Shown: piece after piece, positions 39,346 to 49,078 of the stretch | Layout of the letters: every line of letters begins with the position of its first letter | How positions within the stretch are numbered: position 1 is the first letter of the stretch | Source: a virus | Length of the DNA: 64,000 bases | Virus record (IMG/VR): IMGVR_UViG_3300023237_000012 | Span: 6,643 to 70,642 of that record | Strand: one strand, 5' to 3' | Made by a program: the position numbers and the translations under genes | Notes under the pieces: generated by a model | What the model saw: the letters and a program-made list of their open reading frames with translations, nothing else | Databases searched by the model: none | Told to the model about the DNA's origin: nothing

Positions 39346-40610
39346 TCGTGAACATTAGTTGGGTTAAGCGATGCCGGGCCCGATGGCTTCCCATTAAATA
39401 CATTATCAGTTGGTAATGAATTACTTTTTTGTAATGTTTCGTCAAAAACTGTTGTGTTTAATCTAATGCCAGTATTTCCACCACTTCCCCTTCCACCACT
39501 TCCAGTTACTGCACCTACTATCGCGCCACCTGGATTTTGAAGAGCATTGCTTATTGCATTCTGTGCTCCATTTACATTTCCAAATAATAATGACTGTGCT
39601 CTGGAGAGAACAGCCTTCTTTGCTGCATTAGCTGCAGCACTAAGTGCTTGTTCTGCAATCTGTTCACCCATCTGCTGTGCAGTTTCTTTAACGAAATCTA
39701 GCAACTTATCAGAATTTTCCACGGTTTGATTTCTACTTTCAAGAATCGCTGAATCATATCCTGAAAATTCACCATCGAGCAAAACATTACCATAAGACCA
39801 TTTTATAGAAGTTGCTGCTACTGCGTCTCCGTTTCCAACAATTTCAAATACTTTGCCACATTCCTCTGCTCTCCACTGACAATCTTTAAACTTAAAATTT
39901 ACAAACGATGTATTATCACCAATAATAGAAACATTATCATTGCTACCAGCACGTCCACCGCTCACTACAGCTAAATGGTTGATAGTTTTTTTAAAATTTC
40001 TTATTTCAGCAATCTTTACGTCGACATCAAAATATAATAGATTCTGTGGTAGAACGTATCTTCGGTACTTAGAATCGTATACTGCCATTCGGTATAATGT
40101 AAACAAAGCTGTAAGCTTTAAATCAACTGCTTCTAAGCAAGATATGGTTATTCCGTCTTCACTAGTAGTACCAACGTACGGATCGTCTCCCATCTTGCTA
40201 CTATTCTTCCACGCATCTGATATTCCTTCTACACCTTGCCAATAGTATGGCCTTTCTTCGTTTATCTGTCTAATGCCTTGAATAAAAGCTTTAAGATAAT
40301 TCGCCCGGTTGGTTTCTCCGATAGCTGTTAGATAGCCAATAGCAGATTCTGCACCCTCAAGACTATCGTTTTCAGGTGATGCCTTCACATTCTTATTAGT
40401 TGCCCCATTAAATAGAGGACTTAGAATGATAAATGTAAGCTGAAATCCCAAGTATGTAGGATCGTCATAATCAGTCAATCCGTTTCCAGATGACTTAGGG
40501 TTTTGTTGAACACTAATGAATCGCTTTCGGATTACATCGCCCCGCGAGAATATTGAACCATCAAGACCAACATTATCAGCTATACCAGACGCTAGGTTAC
40601 TTAATGGCAT
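39342..40610 (-). CDS. Baseplate/tail-tube initiator-like protein
   Basis: DDPTYLGF, ITISCLEAVD; position in the hub cluster. Confidence 0.5.
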   Translation of the reverse strand: MPLSNLASGIADNVGLDGSIFSRGDVIRKRFISVQQNPKSSGNGLTDYDDPTYLGFQLTFIILSPLFNGATNKNVKASPENDSLEGAESAIGYLTAIGETNRANYLKAFIQGIRQINEERPYYWQGVEGISDAWKNSSKMGDDPYVGTTSEDGITISCLEAVDLKLTALFTLYRMAVYDSKYRRYVLPQNLLYFDVDVKIAEIRNFKKTINHLAVVSGGRAGSNDNVSIIGDNTSFVNFKFKDCQWRAEECGKVFEIVGNGDAVAATSIKWSYGNVLLDGEFSGYDSAILESRNQTVENSDKLLDFVKETAQQMGEQIAEQALSAAANAAKKAVLSRAQSLLFGNVNGAQNAISNALQNPGGAIVGAVTGSGGRGSGGNTGIRLNTTVFDETLQKSNSLPTDNVFNGKPSGPASLNPTNVHE

Positions 40611-40632
40611 GGTGAATCATTTTAGTTATTTA

Positions 40633-42096
40633 TTAAGCTGAAGGTTTGAATACTCTTCTCTGAAGATATAACTTCATTTTCATTGGGGCTGGAGCAAGCT
40701 GAATCCATTCTATTCCACTAATTACATAAAACCCAGATAAGAATTCATTAAGTATTCCACCGCTTGAAGTCCCATTAGATTCTGGATCTCTTTCAACTGC
40801 ATTTGGTGCCGGTTGGGCATCATCTTCAGTTGATGCAGTAACTACACGTATTACTGGCTCTGCATAATCCCAAATCTGGCAGTAAATCCTATTGTACCGG
40901 AGTATAGCTGGGTTAACAGTATCAAGTTCAACAACCATTCCCATCTTATTAATCTCTGTTAAATTTTGATAATTGAGTACAGTACTATACATAAACTGAT
41001 CATGTACATTTTCAGTCTGCTGTCCTAAATACTTATAGCGTACTTGCTCATCTCTTGGGCCTTCAGTTTCACTATCTAATAATCTCCCCTTCGTAACTGT
41101 GATCATTCCCTCTACTTCTTCTACGAGTGGATCAACGAATTCATTGATGAATGTTTTTTCAGCTTCGTCCCAGTACTGTGCGTATCTCTTATAACCATTG
41201 TTTTTACTTATTAGACCAGATTCGTTTACCATTTGGTGTTTACGTAAGTAATTTCCAGAACCTTGCATCTTAACATCATTTGTAAGATAATTTGGTGTTC
41301 CTTCTGCTTGTCCTTCACCAGACCGAAATGTATCTCCAGAGTTTAACATATAGCCAATAGACGTATCTATTTCACCATCTTGGCTAAACAATTTATTTAC
41401 ATCAATAAATGTTAAGTAGTAATATGGATCAATATAAGCTGTAAAAAAATGATCATCGTTAAGATAGCTATTTGCGACTATGTCTTTAATGTATGTTTCG
41501 ACAGTGTCATTTGGATTTATCCAATTCATTTCATCATCAGTATCTTCAACATTACTAGCGTACCCTAGTTCTAAATCTTCTGCAATATCTAAAAGCGCGC
41601 CCCAGCTTGTAGCTTCATGATATTCAACTCGTTCAGTGAAAAGATTAGGAATGAACATCCTACCTTCTACTGCATATCTTGTAACTGCATTACTACCACC
41701 CCCAGAAATTGGATATACATCAATGATCGTAAAGTCAATACGAACTGGCTTAAATGTTGTTTCGTCACCTTGCGATCTGATGTGTAATTGCATAATGTCT
41801 CCATCTTTAGGAAAAAACCTAGAAGTGAAACTTGTATCGTTGTCATTGAATATGACCTTTAGAGTTGGATAAAACCCAGTATTACTTAGCTTAAAACTTT
41901 TGAGATTCTCTACATTGACTTCATACTCATTAACTCTAATGAGTGGAGTAATATTGTAAATCTTAGATACTGGAATGTCCATTGTCGGTAAACTCGAATT
42001 CTCAGTTTTACTTTCTGCGTCGCTTATTGCAAGTTCATCAACCTTTATAGCTGGATCCAAAATAGTAAGTATACTTCTTTCTAAATTACTCGCCAT
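40633..42096 (-). CDS. Baseplate hub protein (gp27-like)
   Basis: FTAYIDPYYYLTF; C-terminal LSGFYVISGIEW; likely start MASNLERS at 42094-42096. Confidence 0.55.
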   Translation of the reverse strand: MASNLERSILTILDPAIKVDELAISDAESKTENSSLPTMDIPVSKIYNITPLIRVNEYEVNVENLKSFKLSNTGFYPTLKVIFNDNDTSFTSRFFPKDGDIMQLHIRSQGDETTFKPVRIDFTIIDVYPISGGGSNAVTRYAVEGRMFIPNLFTERVEYHEATSWGALLDIAEDLELGYASNVEDTDDEMNWINPNDTVETYIKDIVANSYLNDDHFFTAYIDPYYYLTFIDVNKLFSQDGEIDTSIGYMLNSGDTFRSGEGQAEGTPNYLTNDVKMQGSGNYLRKHQMVNESGLISKNNGYKRYAQYWDEAEKTFINEFVDPLVEEVEGMITVTKGRLLDSETEGPRDEQVRYKYLGQQTENVHDQFMYSTVLNYQNLTEINKMGMVVELDTVNPAILRYNRIYCQIWDYAEPVIRVVTASTEDDAQPAPNAVERDPESNGTSSGGILNEFLSGFYVISGIEWIQLAPAPMKMKLYLQRRVFKPSA

Positions 42097-42097
42097 A

Positions 42098-42628
42098 TTA
42101 TTTTCTTGTTGGTAGGTTAGCACCTAGCACGATTTTGCCACCACCAATCTTTTTACTTATTTGTCCTGGCTGTAGAACATTAGGTGGAAGTGGATTTGAT
42201 ACTCCAGACCTTTTGTCTTTGCCTTTGGCAGCTAGCCTTTCAATTCGAGATTGATCTTTCTTACTCTGTCTATCAGTATTTATATACTGTGACTGGATTA
42301 TATCTGGGGTAGCATGGAGTGTTGGCCTGAAATAGACACTATCTTCATTACGAGTCAAATTCGGTATGATAAGAAGATCACCTTCTTCAACTGAAAATGG
42401 ATTAGAGATATTATTAAGAATGCAAATTGCATCTATGTTAGCCCCACTTCCAAAATACTGGTTTGAAACTAAATCTATGCGGCCAGCTTGGTCTGTCGTA
42501 ACGTAGTGAATCGCCTTTATGCCATTGCCTGAATTGTATTCAAACGATGGTGCAGATAGATCTAAATACTCTTCTGAGGTATTTTCGTCTATTAAAATGT
42601 TTTTAAGTACTAAAGATCTAATATTCAT
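42098..42628 (-). CDS. Baseplate wedge gp53/LysM-like protein
   Basis: GRIDLVSNQYFG..ICILNNISNPFSVEEGDLLIIP. Confidence 0.75.
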   Translation of the reverse strand: MNIRSLVLKNILIDENTSEEYLDLSAPSFEYNSGNGIKAIHYVTTDQAGRIDLVSNQYFGSGANIDAICILNNISNPFSVEEGDLLIIPNLTRNEDSVYFRPTLHATPDIIQSQYINTDRQSKKDQSRIERLAAKGKDKRSGVSNPLPPNVLQPGQISKKIGGGKIVLGANLPTRK

Positions 42629-44496
42629 TATGAGTCTATCATTAAACTAACTAAGTTACCAACATACTCGTCAGATTTACCTATGTCAAACTTTTCGTTT
42701 TTCTTCTTTATATTGCTAATATCACTATTTAGAATTGCTGATGTAGATACTCCACTTGGTACAGTTCCAGCTTCACTTCCACTAACATTACCCTGAGTAT
42801 CTTCAAATTGATTACTCCCAGTATGAACACTCCCATAAGTTTTTACATCTACACCAGCAAGATTCAAAATATCTTTGGTATTAGCAGCAGATGTATAAAT
42901 CCTACCTTTACCTATATTAAACATATTTTCAATGTCACCTTTATCTCTAGGTTTACCGTGCTTCATCTTTAACTGGAATTTAACCTCCATTGGAAAGTCA
43001 TCATATCCAAGACCATCACCCAACGTCATAGTTGCACTTTCACAATACATGTTTCCCATCATTGCAATCGGGTTGAGTGGATTGCCAATGGTAACATGCC
43101 AGTTTCCAGTTGGTTCACCACTGATAAATGTTCGCTGTGCTGCTGTAGAACCAGTATCTCCAGCAATACTGCTTAATAGGTCACCGAGCTTATTTCCTAA
43201 GAATGTTTTTGCAATATCTAGACCCCCGCTTAATACTGATGAAACATCCATTCCACCTTCACTATTACCAAATATATTAGTAAGCCCTGACGTAACATCT
43301 TTAACGATAGACTTAGAAAACCCAGCAAAATTACCAGCCTTTAGCATATTAACATCACCATACTGACTTGCGACATATCCAGCTGCACCATAGTATCGTT
43401 GACCTCCACCCCAAAACGTAGCGTTGTTTGTGGTCATAGTAAGCATGTTAGAAATTAAATCTATCATAGCTACTTTTGGATTGACATAGTTTAGAGATTT
43501 AAGTTGATATTCAAAATCTAAACTCATATCTTGTTCAAACTTTAAACCACGATCTCTAATTGTCGTTTTATCAATGACATTAACTGGCCCAATTACAAAA
43601 TCTGCATATTGTGTACCTAGTCGATCTGCGGTAGTAATGTTTGATTTCCTAAACCTGTCTCCAGATGAAACACCTTTACCTGCATCCATTGCTGCTGATA
43701 ATAAACCGCCAGTTGTGGTTCCACCAAAAGTCTTATCCATCTGACCAGTATAACCACCACCCTTCTCCACCTCTTCCATTTTTGATTCGAGATCTTTCCA
43801 ACTCAAACCGAAAGTCATTCCCATGATCTCACTTAACTTATTGCCTGCAGTTTCTCCCATATAAGTGATTGCTGTTACGCCTGCTACCTGTGTACTATCT
43901 ACTGCTTCAGATTTACCAGCAACATTCATTGGAGATTTTCCACCACCTGCAGTATTCATAGCTACTGAATAGTTAAAAATATTGTCCTCGCATGGCATCG
44001 GAAATCTCCGTATTGTTATTAAATGATTAAGTGGAATTTTCTTATAATATTTTGCATATAAAAAATCCTGAGCCCTATATGATATGCCTGGATAGTAAGT
44101 ATTGTAAAATTCAATAATCTTAGCTGGAGTAGGATTTTGAGCTCCATTGCCTCTTCCTAAAAATTTCTTTGATTGTGCAGATGTATCTCTATATCCAGCA
44201 GAATCATCTTTACCAGCATCCCCGTACATACCACTATAATTAAATAATGCGTATTGATTGAATATAGATCTAGGTAATTCTCCACCGAAACTTTTAGGAA
44301 CACCTAAGCTATCTGGCTTTGCTTTATTAGAATAGAAACTTTTAGCATACTCTGCAGAGACACCATTTGCGAAGCCATAAGATTCTCCACCGAATGCAGC
44401 TAATCTTTTGCCTTGACTATTTGGATTCGGATATAATGCATTGTTTACGGCGTTACTTGCAGATGTAAGAGAGTTATTTATGTTTTCTAAGCCCAT
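42628..44496 (-). CDS. Baseplate/tail-tube junction-like structural protein
   Basis: WHVTIGNPLNPIAMMGNMYC..DDFPME; first gene of the hub operon; promoter at 44516-44523. Confidence 0.5.
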   Translation of the reverse strand: MGLENINNSLTSASNAVNNALYPNPNSQGKRLAAFGGESYGFANGVSAEYAKSFYSNKAKPDSLGVPKSFGGELPRSIFNQYALFNYSGMYGDAGKDDSAGYRDTSAQSKKFLGRGNGAQNPTPAKIIEFYNTYYPGISYRAQDFLYAKYYKKIPLNHLITIRRFPMPCEDNIFNYSVAMNTAGGGKSPMNVAGKSEAVDSTQVAGVTAITYMGETAGNKLSEIMGMTFGLSWKDLESKMEEVEKGGGYTGQMDKTFGGTTTGGLLSAAMDAGKGVSSGDRFRKSNITTADRLGTQYADFVIGPVNVIDKTTIRDRGLKFEQDMSLDFEYQLKSLNYVNPKVAMIDLISNMLTMTTNNATFWGGGQRYYGAAGYVASQYGDVNMLKAGNFAGFSKSIVKDVTSGLTNIFGNSEGGMDVSSVLSGGLDIAKTFLGNKLGDLLSSIAGDTGSTAAQRTFISGEPTGNWHVTIGNPLNPIAMMGNMYCESATMTLGDGLGYDDFPMEVKFQLKMKHGKPRDKGDIENMFNIGKGRIYTSAANTKDILNLAGVDVKTYGSVHTGSNQFEDTQGNVSGSEAGTVPSGVSTSAILNSDISNIKKKNEKFDIGKSDEYVGNLVSLMIDS

Positions 44497-44529
44497 GAGT
44501 CTACAGCGTTTATTGTATATATCCGACCG

Positions 44530-45093
44530 TTAGTCCAGGCTCTTTATATATTCGTTGATGTCTATATCGAAAGTTTCGAATTTATTACTCCATGCAGCTC
44601 TGAACATTGCATCGAATTCATTCTTACTATCAACAGATAATATACCCGTGAACATAGCACGACTTGACAATTCTCGTGCTTCTTTATATTTTTGAGAAAT
44701 GATGTAAAATTGAATTCTATCAAATAGATCTTTCATATCATTCTTAGTTTTAACACATAAGATAGAATCAATAATGATATGAAATCTCTTTTCGTCAACT
44801 GCATTCAATCGTTCTGCCAACTGTTCGATGTTATCAAAGTCTTCTGCTTTAAGTACCATCTTCCTGGACTTAGAATTGAAATCCTTTCTAAACGAAATAT
44901 CAAAAAAATGTTTTTTGAGGAAGTACATTGAATCGTAGAACTTTAAGATCTTGATTTTGTACTTTGGGTTTACTTGCTCCCATTTAGTATCAACAATTAA
45001 ACCTCTTACTGGAATTAGTATGTTTGGTTTACTTTGCGATGCAACTAGGCCGTAGATGTAATCGCCTTTGTTAAATATTCTATGCCTCTTCAT
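44530..45093 (-). CDS. Hypothetical protein
   Basis: ORF in a coupled operon. Confidence 0.55.
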   Translation of the reverse strand: MKRHRIFNKGDYIYGLVASQSKPNILIPVRGLIVDTKWEQVNPKYKIKILKFYDSMYFLKKHFFDISFRKDFNSKSRKMVLKAEDFDNIEQLAERLNAVDEKRFHIIIDSILCVKTKNDMKDLFDRIQFYIISQKYKEARELSSRAMFTGILSVDSKNEFDAMFRAAWSNKFETFDIDINEYIKSLD

Positions 45094-45466
45094 TTATTAC
45101 AAACACTTCAGTAAACGTATCCGGGTTTATATCATCTGCAAATTTAGGAGATGAATAAATGTTATATGTAATTTTTCGCTCTGTGAATGATTCTACTTGA
45201 TTAGATACGTTACCAATTATGTCGTCATCAGGGCTACTGATGACATAATAGAGTTCTTCTACAACATCTTTCTTCATAATAGTATATAAGCTTTTGACTA
45301 AATAAGATGAAACGACTACATCAGTTGGATCTTCGTGAGCATAATCATTCTTTGCTAACTTATTGATGATCGTCATATAGTTTATGCATTCGATTCCTCT
45401 TGGAACTTTATCTAAAAATTTCTTAGTAGATACTGCATCTGATAGGCACACAAAATTAAACTTCAT
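45080..45466 (-). CDS. Hypothetical protein
   Basis: ORF in a coupled operon. Confidence 0.55.
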   Translation of the reverse strand: MKFNFVCLSDAVSTKKFLDKVPRGIECINYMTIINKLAKNDYAHEDPTDVVVSSYLVKSLYTIMKKDVVEELYYVISSPDDDIIGNVSNQVESFTERKITYNIYSSPKFADDINPDTFTEVFVINEEA

Positions 45467-45788
45467 CTCTTATCTCTTTTAGTAACTGTAATGTTTCTTC
45501 TAATTCAGAGATCTTTGATGCTATCTCTTCCTTGGTTGGATCATAATGACTCCCCCAAGTAAAGTCAATGTCAATAACCTCAGATGAAAATTTATTACCA
45601 ACTTTCAATCCGAGGTCTTCACATATTTCATACAAGAATTTGACTAGAGTTTTCTTCTTTGTTTTTGAATCATCTTCAATTTCATATACATCAGTATACG
45701 TAATGTTCAGATTCGACCCTCCACTATTATCATCATATATCTTTTTGATGATACCATTCCGCGCTACTTCTAGTACAATCCTAGCCAT
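45456..45788 (-). CDS. Hypothetical protein
   Basis: ORF in a coupled operon. Confidence 0.55.
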   Translation of the reverse strand: MARIVLEVARNGIIKKIYDDNSGGSNLNITYTDVYEIEDDSKTKKKTLVKFLYEICEDLGLKVGNKFSSEVIDIDFTWGSHYDPTKEEIASKISELEETLQLLKEIRDEV

Positions 45789-45789
45789 C

Positions 45790-46191
45790 TTATTTATTTC
45801 TACTTAAACGTGATATTTGTACATCCTTTAATATTTGGAACCTTTCCTTCTTCTCAGCTCTTGTAGGTTTGTTAACAACAACGATAGACCATGCTTCTCT
45901 TAACGATGTAATCTCTTTTTCATTATAGCCTAATGATTTCCACCTTTCAATCTTCTTTTCCTCAACTACCTCTAGCTTTGCATACCGTTCTTTATCTATA
46001 GTATCAACATTACCTTGATGTATTTCTATACCTCTTGTACGATTATGTTGTCTTGCTTCTGCTTTCATAGCAAGTAATGATTTACGATCAGGATCATAAA
46101 CATCGTCGATTATTTCAATGTTTGCCATCATTTTTTGGAATTTTAAAACTCCTCTACGTTGTCTTCTGTTTGGTGTAGTTGTTACGTCCAT
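45790..46191 (-). CDS. Hypothetical basic protein
   Basis: PNRRQRR N-terminus; promoter at 46219-46226. Confidence 0.55.
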   Translation of the reverse strand: MDVTTTPNRRQRRGVLKFQKMMANIEIIDDVYDPDRKSLLAMKAEARQHNRTRGIEIHQGNVDTIDKERYAKLEVVEEKKIERWKSLGYNEKEITSLREAWSIVVVNKPTRAEKKERFQILKDVQISRLSRNK

Positions 46192-46227
46192 TTTGCTTTT
46201 AAGTATTAATGTATAAATTATATATTG

Positions 46228-46887
46228 TTACGTTTTTACAGTGCTATCTATCATTTTCTGCACTTTATCAGCGACTGCTTGCTTTAATGCTTTCATATCA
46301 ACTTGAGCAGTTATATATTCTTCTACATCTTTCATAGCATCTTCTCCAAATGAATCTATTAAAATTGCTAATAGTGCCGGTGATGGTGCATCGACTTGAA
46401 CTTCAAGTGCAAATGATACAGCTACCTTACCAGAAGATTTTTTTAACAATGCTGTCACTGGAGATTCTTGTGTTTGAACTATAGCTTTTGGAATCTCCTG
46501 ATGTAGTCTCGGAGCAAACTCAGTATTAAACTCAGTATATACATCTATAGCCGGTGTTTTAGGATCTACATCGTTTAAGAACTCATCTTTAAGTGCTTTA
46601 CTTATTCGTCCTCCACTTTCAAATGTTAACCATTCTTCATCTTCATCTTTTACGACTTCAACAGTTCCAGTTTTATCACCCTTCTTCCATTGCATTTTGG
46701 CCTTTCCTTCATCAACCGCTGTAGAAGCAACATCAATTACTGGTGCCAATCTTCTGTCCATTGGATCAGGTTTTCTAGGTGGAGCTCCTACTCCCATTTT
46801 AGCTGCTCCTGGGTAACCATTACCTTTAGCTTTTTCATTAGCTATAAACTCATCAACGTTTATACCTACTCCGTCCATTTCTTCCAT
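46228..46887 (-). CDS. Hypothetical protein
   Basis: Start moved to ATG 46885-46887 (MEEMDG), just after the sulfotransferase stop. Confidence 0.55.
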   Translation of the reverse strand: MEEMDGVGINVDEFIANEKAKGNGYPGAAKMGVGAPPRKPDPMDRRLAPVIDVASTAVDEGKAKMQWKKGDKTGTVEVVKDEDEEWLTFESGGRISKALKDEFLNDVDPKTPAIDVYTEFNTEFAPRLHQEIPKAIVQTQESPVTALLKKSSGKVAVSFALEVQVDAPSPALLAILIDSFGEDAMKDVEEYITAQVDMKALKQAVADKVQKMIDSTVKT

Positions 46888-46888
46888 A

Positions 46889-47707
46889 TTAGTAATATTT
46901 GAATTCTTTGAAGAACCAAGCGTAGTTATCTTTGATCCAATCACTCGTATGTGGTCCAAGAACTTTGTGATAATCGTTGGTAACTTGCTCGACTCTTGTT
47001 CTGATTGTGTGATCTCCGTAGATGCCATATACTGAATCGTCTTCTTTAGTTATTTGTTTTATATTGTCAAAATCGTGTTCGTATTCCTCCACTCCTAAAT
47101 GTTTGTATATCTTAGTCATTTCGGAACGAGGATCTTTCGTCAGATCTTCAAATCGTACAAAGTGAACTTTCTCCTTTGTGCCATCTAAGATCATCTGTTT
47201 CAATCTTTCAATTGCCATTCCTACAGGCTGACTGTTTGCCCAAGTATCAATCCGCTTCTCAGTAGTTGTACCCTTCATCTCCGAGTGGTTTACTAAGCCA
47301 CTATCCTTATCCTGTGAATTTCTAAAGTTCTTTTCCATAGAAGCAAAGACAGCCCGGAGATCTCTTACAACACATATAATTTTAGGTTCAGGATAGAATG
47401 AATTTAGAAATCCATAATGTACACCCCAACCTCTACTCTTATCGACTACATATCGCTTATCAGTAACGCCTTCAAAAAATCCCTTTAATCCAGCATTACA
47501 GAATGAAATCCAACCAGCTTTCATACGATCAGGATTCTGAGCTTTAAATTCTGGTGAATTTGTATAATTGCCACGAGCAGCATATAGAAGTTCTAATACA
47601 CCAGAAGTAGGAGTAACATAAAATTCTGGGTTCTGTCCAATAATATTTTGTAAAAGTGTTGAGCCACTTCTTGGAAGTGAACTCTGAAAGAAAATCTTTT
47701 CAGTCAT
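46889..47707 (-). CDS. Sulfotransferase family protein
   Basis: 5'-PSB loop SLPRSGSTLL; VDKSRGW; 3'-PB motif VVRDLRAVFAS; RFEDLTKDP. Confidence 0.85.
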   Translation of the reverse strand: MTEKIFFQSSLPRSGSTLLQNIIGQNPEFYVTPTSGVLELLYAARGNYTNSPEFKAQNPDRMKAGWISFCNAGLKGFFEGVTDKRYVVDKSRGWGVHYGFLNSFYPEPKIICVVRDLRAVFASMEKNFRNSQDKDSGLVNHSEMKGTTTEKRIDTWANSQPVGMAIERLKQMILDGTKEKVHFVRFEDLTKDPRSEMTKIYKHLGVEEYEHDFDNIKQITKEDDSVYGIYGDHTIRTRVEQVTNDYHKVLGPHTSDWIKDNYAWFFKEFKYY

Positions 47708-48591
47708 TACGGTATAGTTGCAGAGATTTCCTCCAGGTTAAACATTCTTACAGTATCTAATATTGGGCATTCATGAAGAACACCATTAAAGCTATAATCG
47801 AATAAGTAGCTATCTGGTAGATTTACTTCTACTCCAAGATCTGCTACAATATTATTATGAATCTTATAGCCGAACGTCTTAGGACTTGTACCAACCCAAA
47901 GAACAGTTGATTGCACGTTTAAAGCTGCCGCTGCATGTTGCAGGCTTGAATCTATTAAAATTCTAGCATTACTCATCTTCATAAGATAAAACATTTCCAT
48001 ATTTGACATTTGTTTAAAATGTGCCTCATGTACTCCTTCGACTACTTGAGATTCTTCTCGGCAAATTTGAATAATGTGATACTTATCTTTGAATTGTTCA
48101 ACTAATGCTCTACTTACATGAGGTGGCATATCCCTAGTCCAGCTGTATGGATACGCTTGTTCTTTTAGAGGTCCACCATTCGTATGGATAACGAGCACTG
48201 GTACACCTCTGTTCCATTTATTAAAGCCGAATTGTTCTTGTCGATAATTGAATAGAAGTTCAGGCTTCTCACCGTTGTATACCATCCCGTAAAGTTCAAT
48301 CCAGTTTTGAATTAATCCTGTACGCTTATGAACATGATCGGTTGTAAAGTAAGGCTCATGCTTAAACATGATTGAATCTTTATCTTGAATATAATCTTTA
48401 TAGAAATACGGAGTATTACCAATACGATAAACTCTATCTACAAATGGTAAGTTGATAAAAATCTCTGGCCATGCACAGACGATAATCAACTCCCGATCTG
48501 GATGATTTGATTTGATAGCTTTAGCTACCGCGGTTGCAGCGACGTGCTTACCAAGTCCACCTTCGATGTGGAATATAGAATATTTACTCAC
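47707..48591 (-). CDS. Glycosyltransferase, GT9/heptosyltransferase-like
   Basis: IEGGLGKHVAAT; LIDSSLQHAAAAL..STVLW (cf. GT9 NDSGxxHxAAA). Confidence 0.75.
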   Translation of the reverse strand: MSKYSIFHIEGGLGKHVAATAVAKAIKSNHPDRELIIVCAWPEIFINLPFVDRVYRIGNTPYFYKDYIQDKDSIMFKHEPYFTTDHVHKRTGLIQNWIELYGMVYNGEKPELLFNYRQEQFGFNKWNRGVPVLVIHTNGGPLKEQAYPYSWTRDMPPHVSRALVEQFKDKYHIIQICREESQVVEGVHEAHFKQMSNMEMFYLMKMSNARILIDSSLQHAAAALNVQSTVLWVGTSPKTFGYKIHNNIVADLGVEVNLPDSYLFDYSFNGVLHECPILDTVRMFNLEEISATIP

Positions 48592-48698
48592 AGGTAATAG
48601 ATTAAAGATTGAATAGTTTATCCGTTCTAGATTATATATCCAGGCCTTTAGCTATCATACCAGAGCTAAGCTGAGGTGAAAATATTATAAAATTGATT

Positions 48699-49016
48699 CT
48701 ACCAAGGTACTCCCGTTATTTCTGTTGGATGAGCCTTTGCTTCTCCGCGCTCCTGTAATCTGATTAGCATTGCCGCATTAATGTTAGCAATTTCATCTGC
48801 ACCTAGGTCTTCTTTAACCCATTCAATTACAATTGCTTCTGTTAAGTCTGCATATGGTATAAAATCTGGTGAAGTAGGATCGCCAGTTAATACTATTGAA
48901 CCAACACGACGGTCAGTTTCTCCAGCCTCGTCAAAGTTCATGACGTAAGTTACCCTAAAGACTACCTCATTTTCTGGGTATCTTTCCATGTTTGCGATTT
49001 TAAAAGTTGTTGTCAT
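48699..49016 (-). CDS. Tail fibre-associated small protein
   Basis: FIPYADLTEAIVIEWVKEDLG..GVPW, a pattern common next to phage fibre genes. Confidence 0.55.
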   Translation of the reverse strand: MTTTFKIANMERYPENEVVFRVTYVMNFDEAGETDRRVGSIVLTGDPTSPDFIPYADLTEAIVIEWVKEDLGADEIANINAAMLIRLQERGEAKAHPTEITGVPW

Positions 49017-49078
49017 TTTCTTAGTTATTATTTTATCTTAGGTTAATGCGCATTTATGGTACGATGAGTATACTGGCA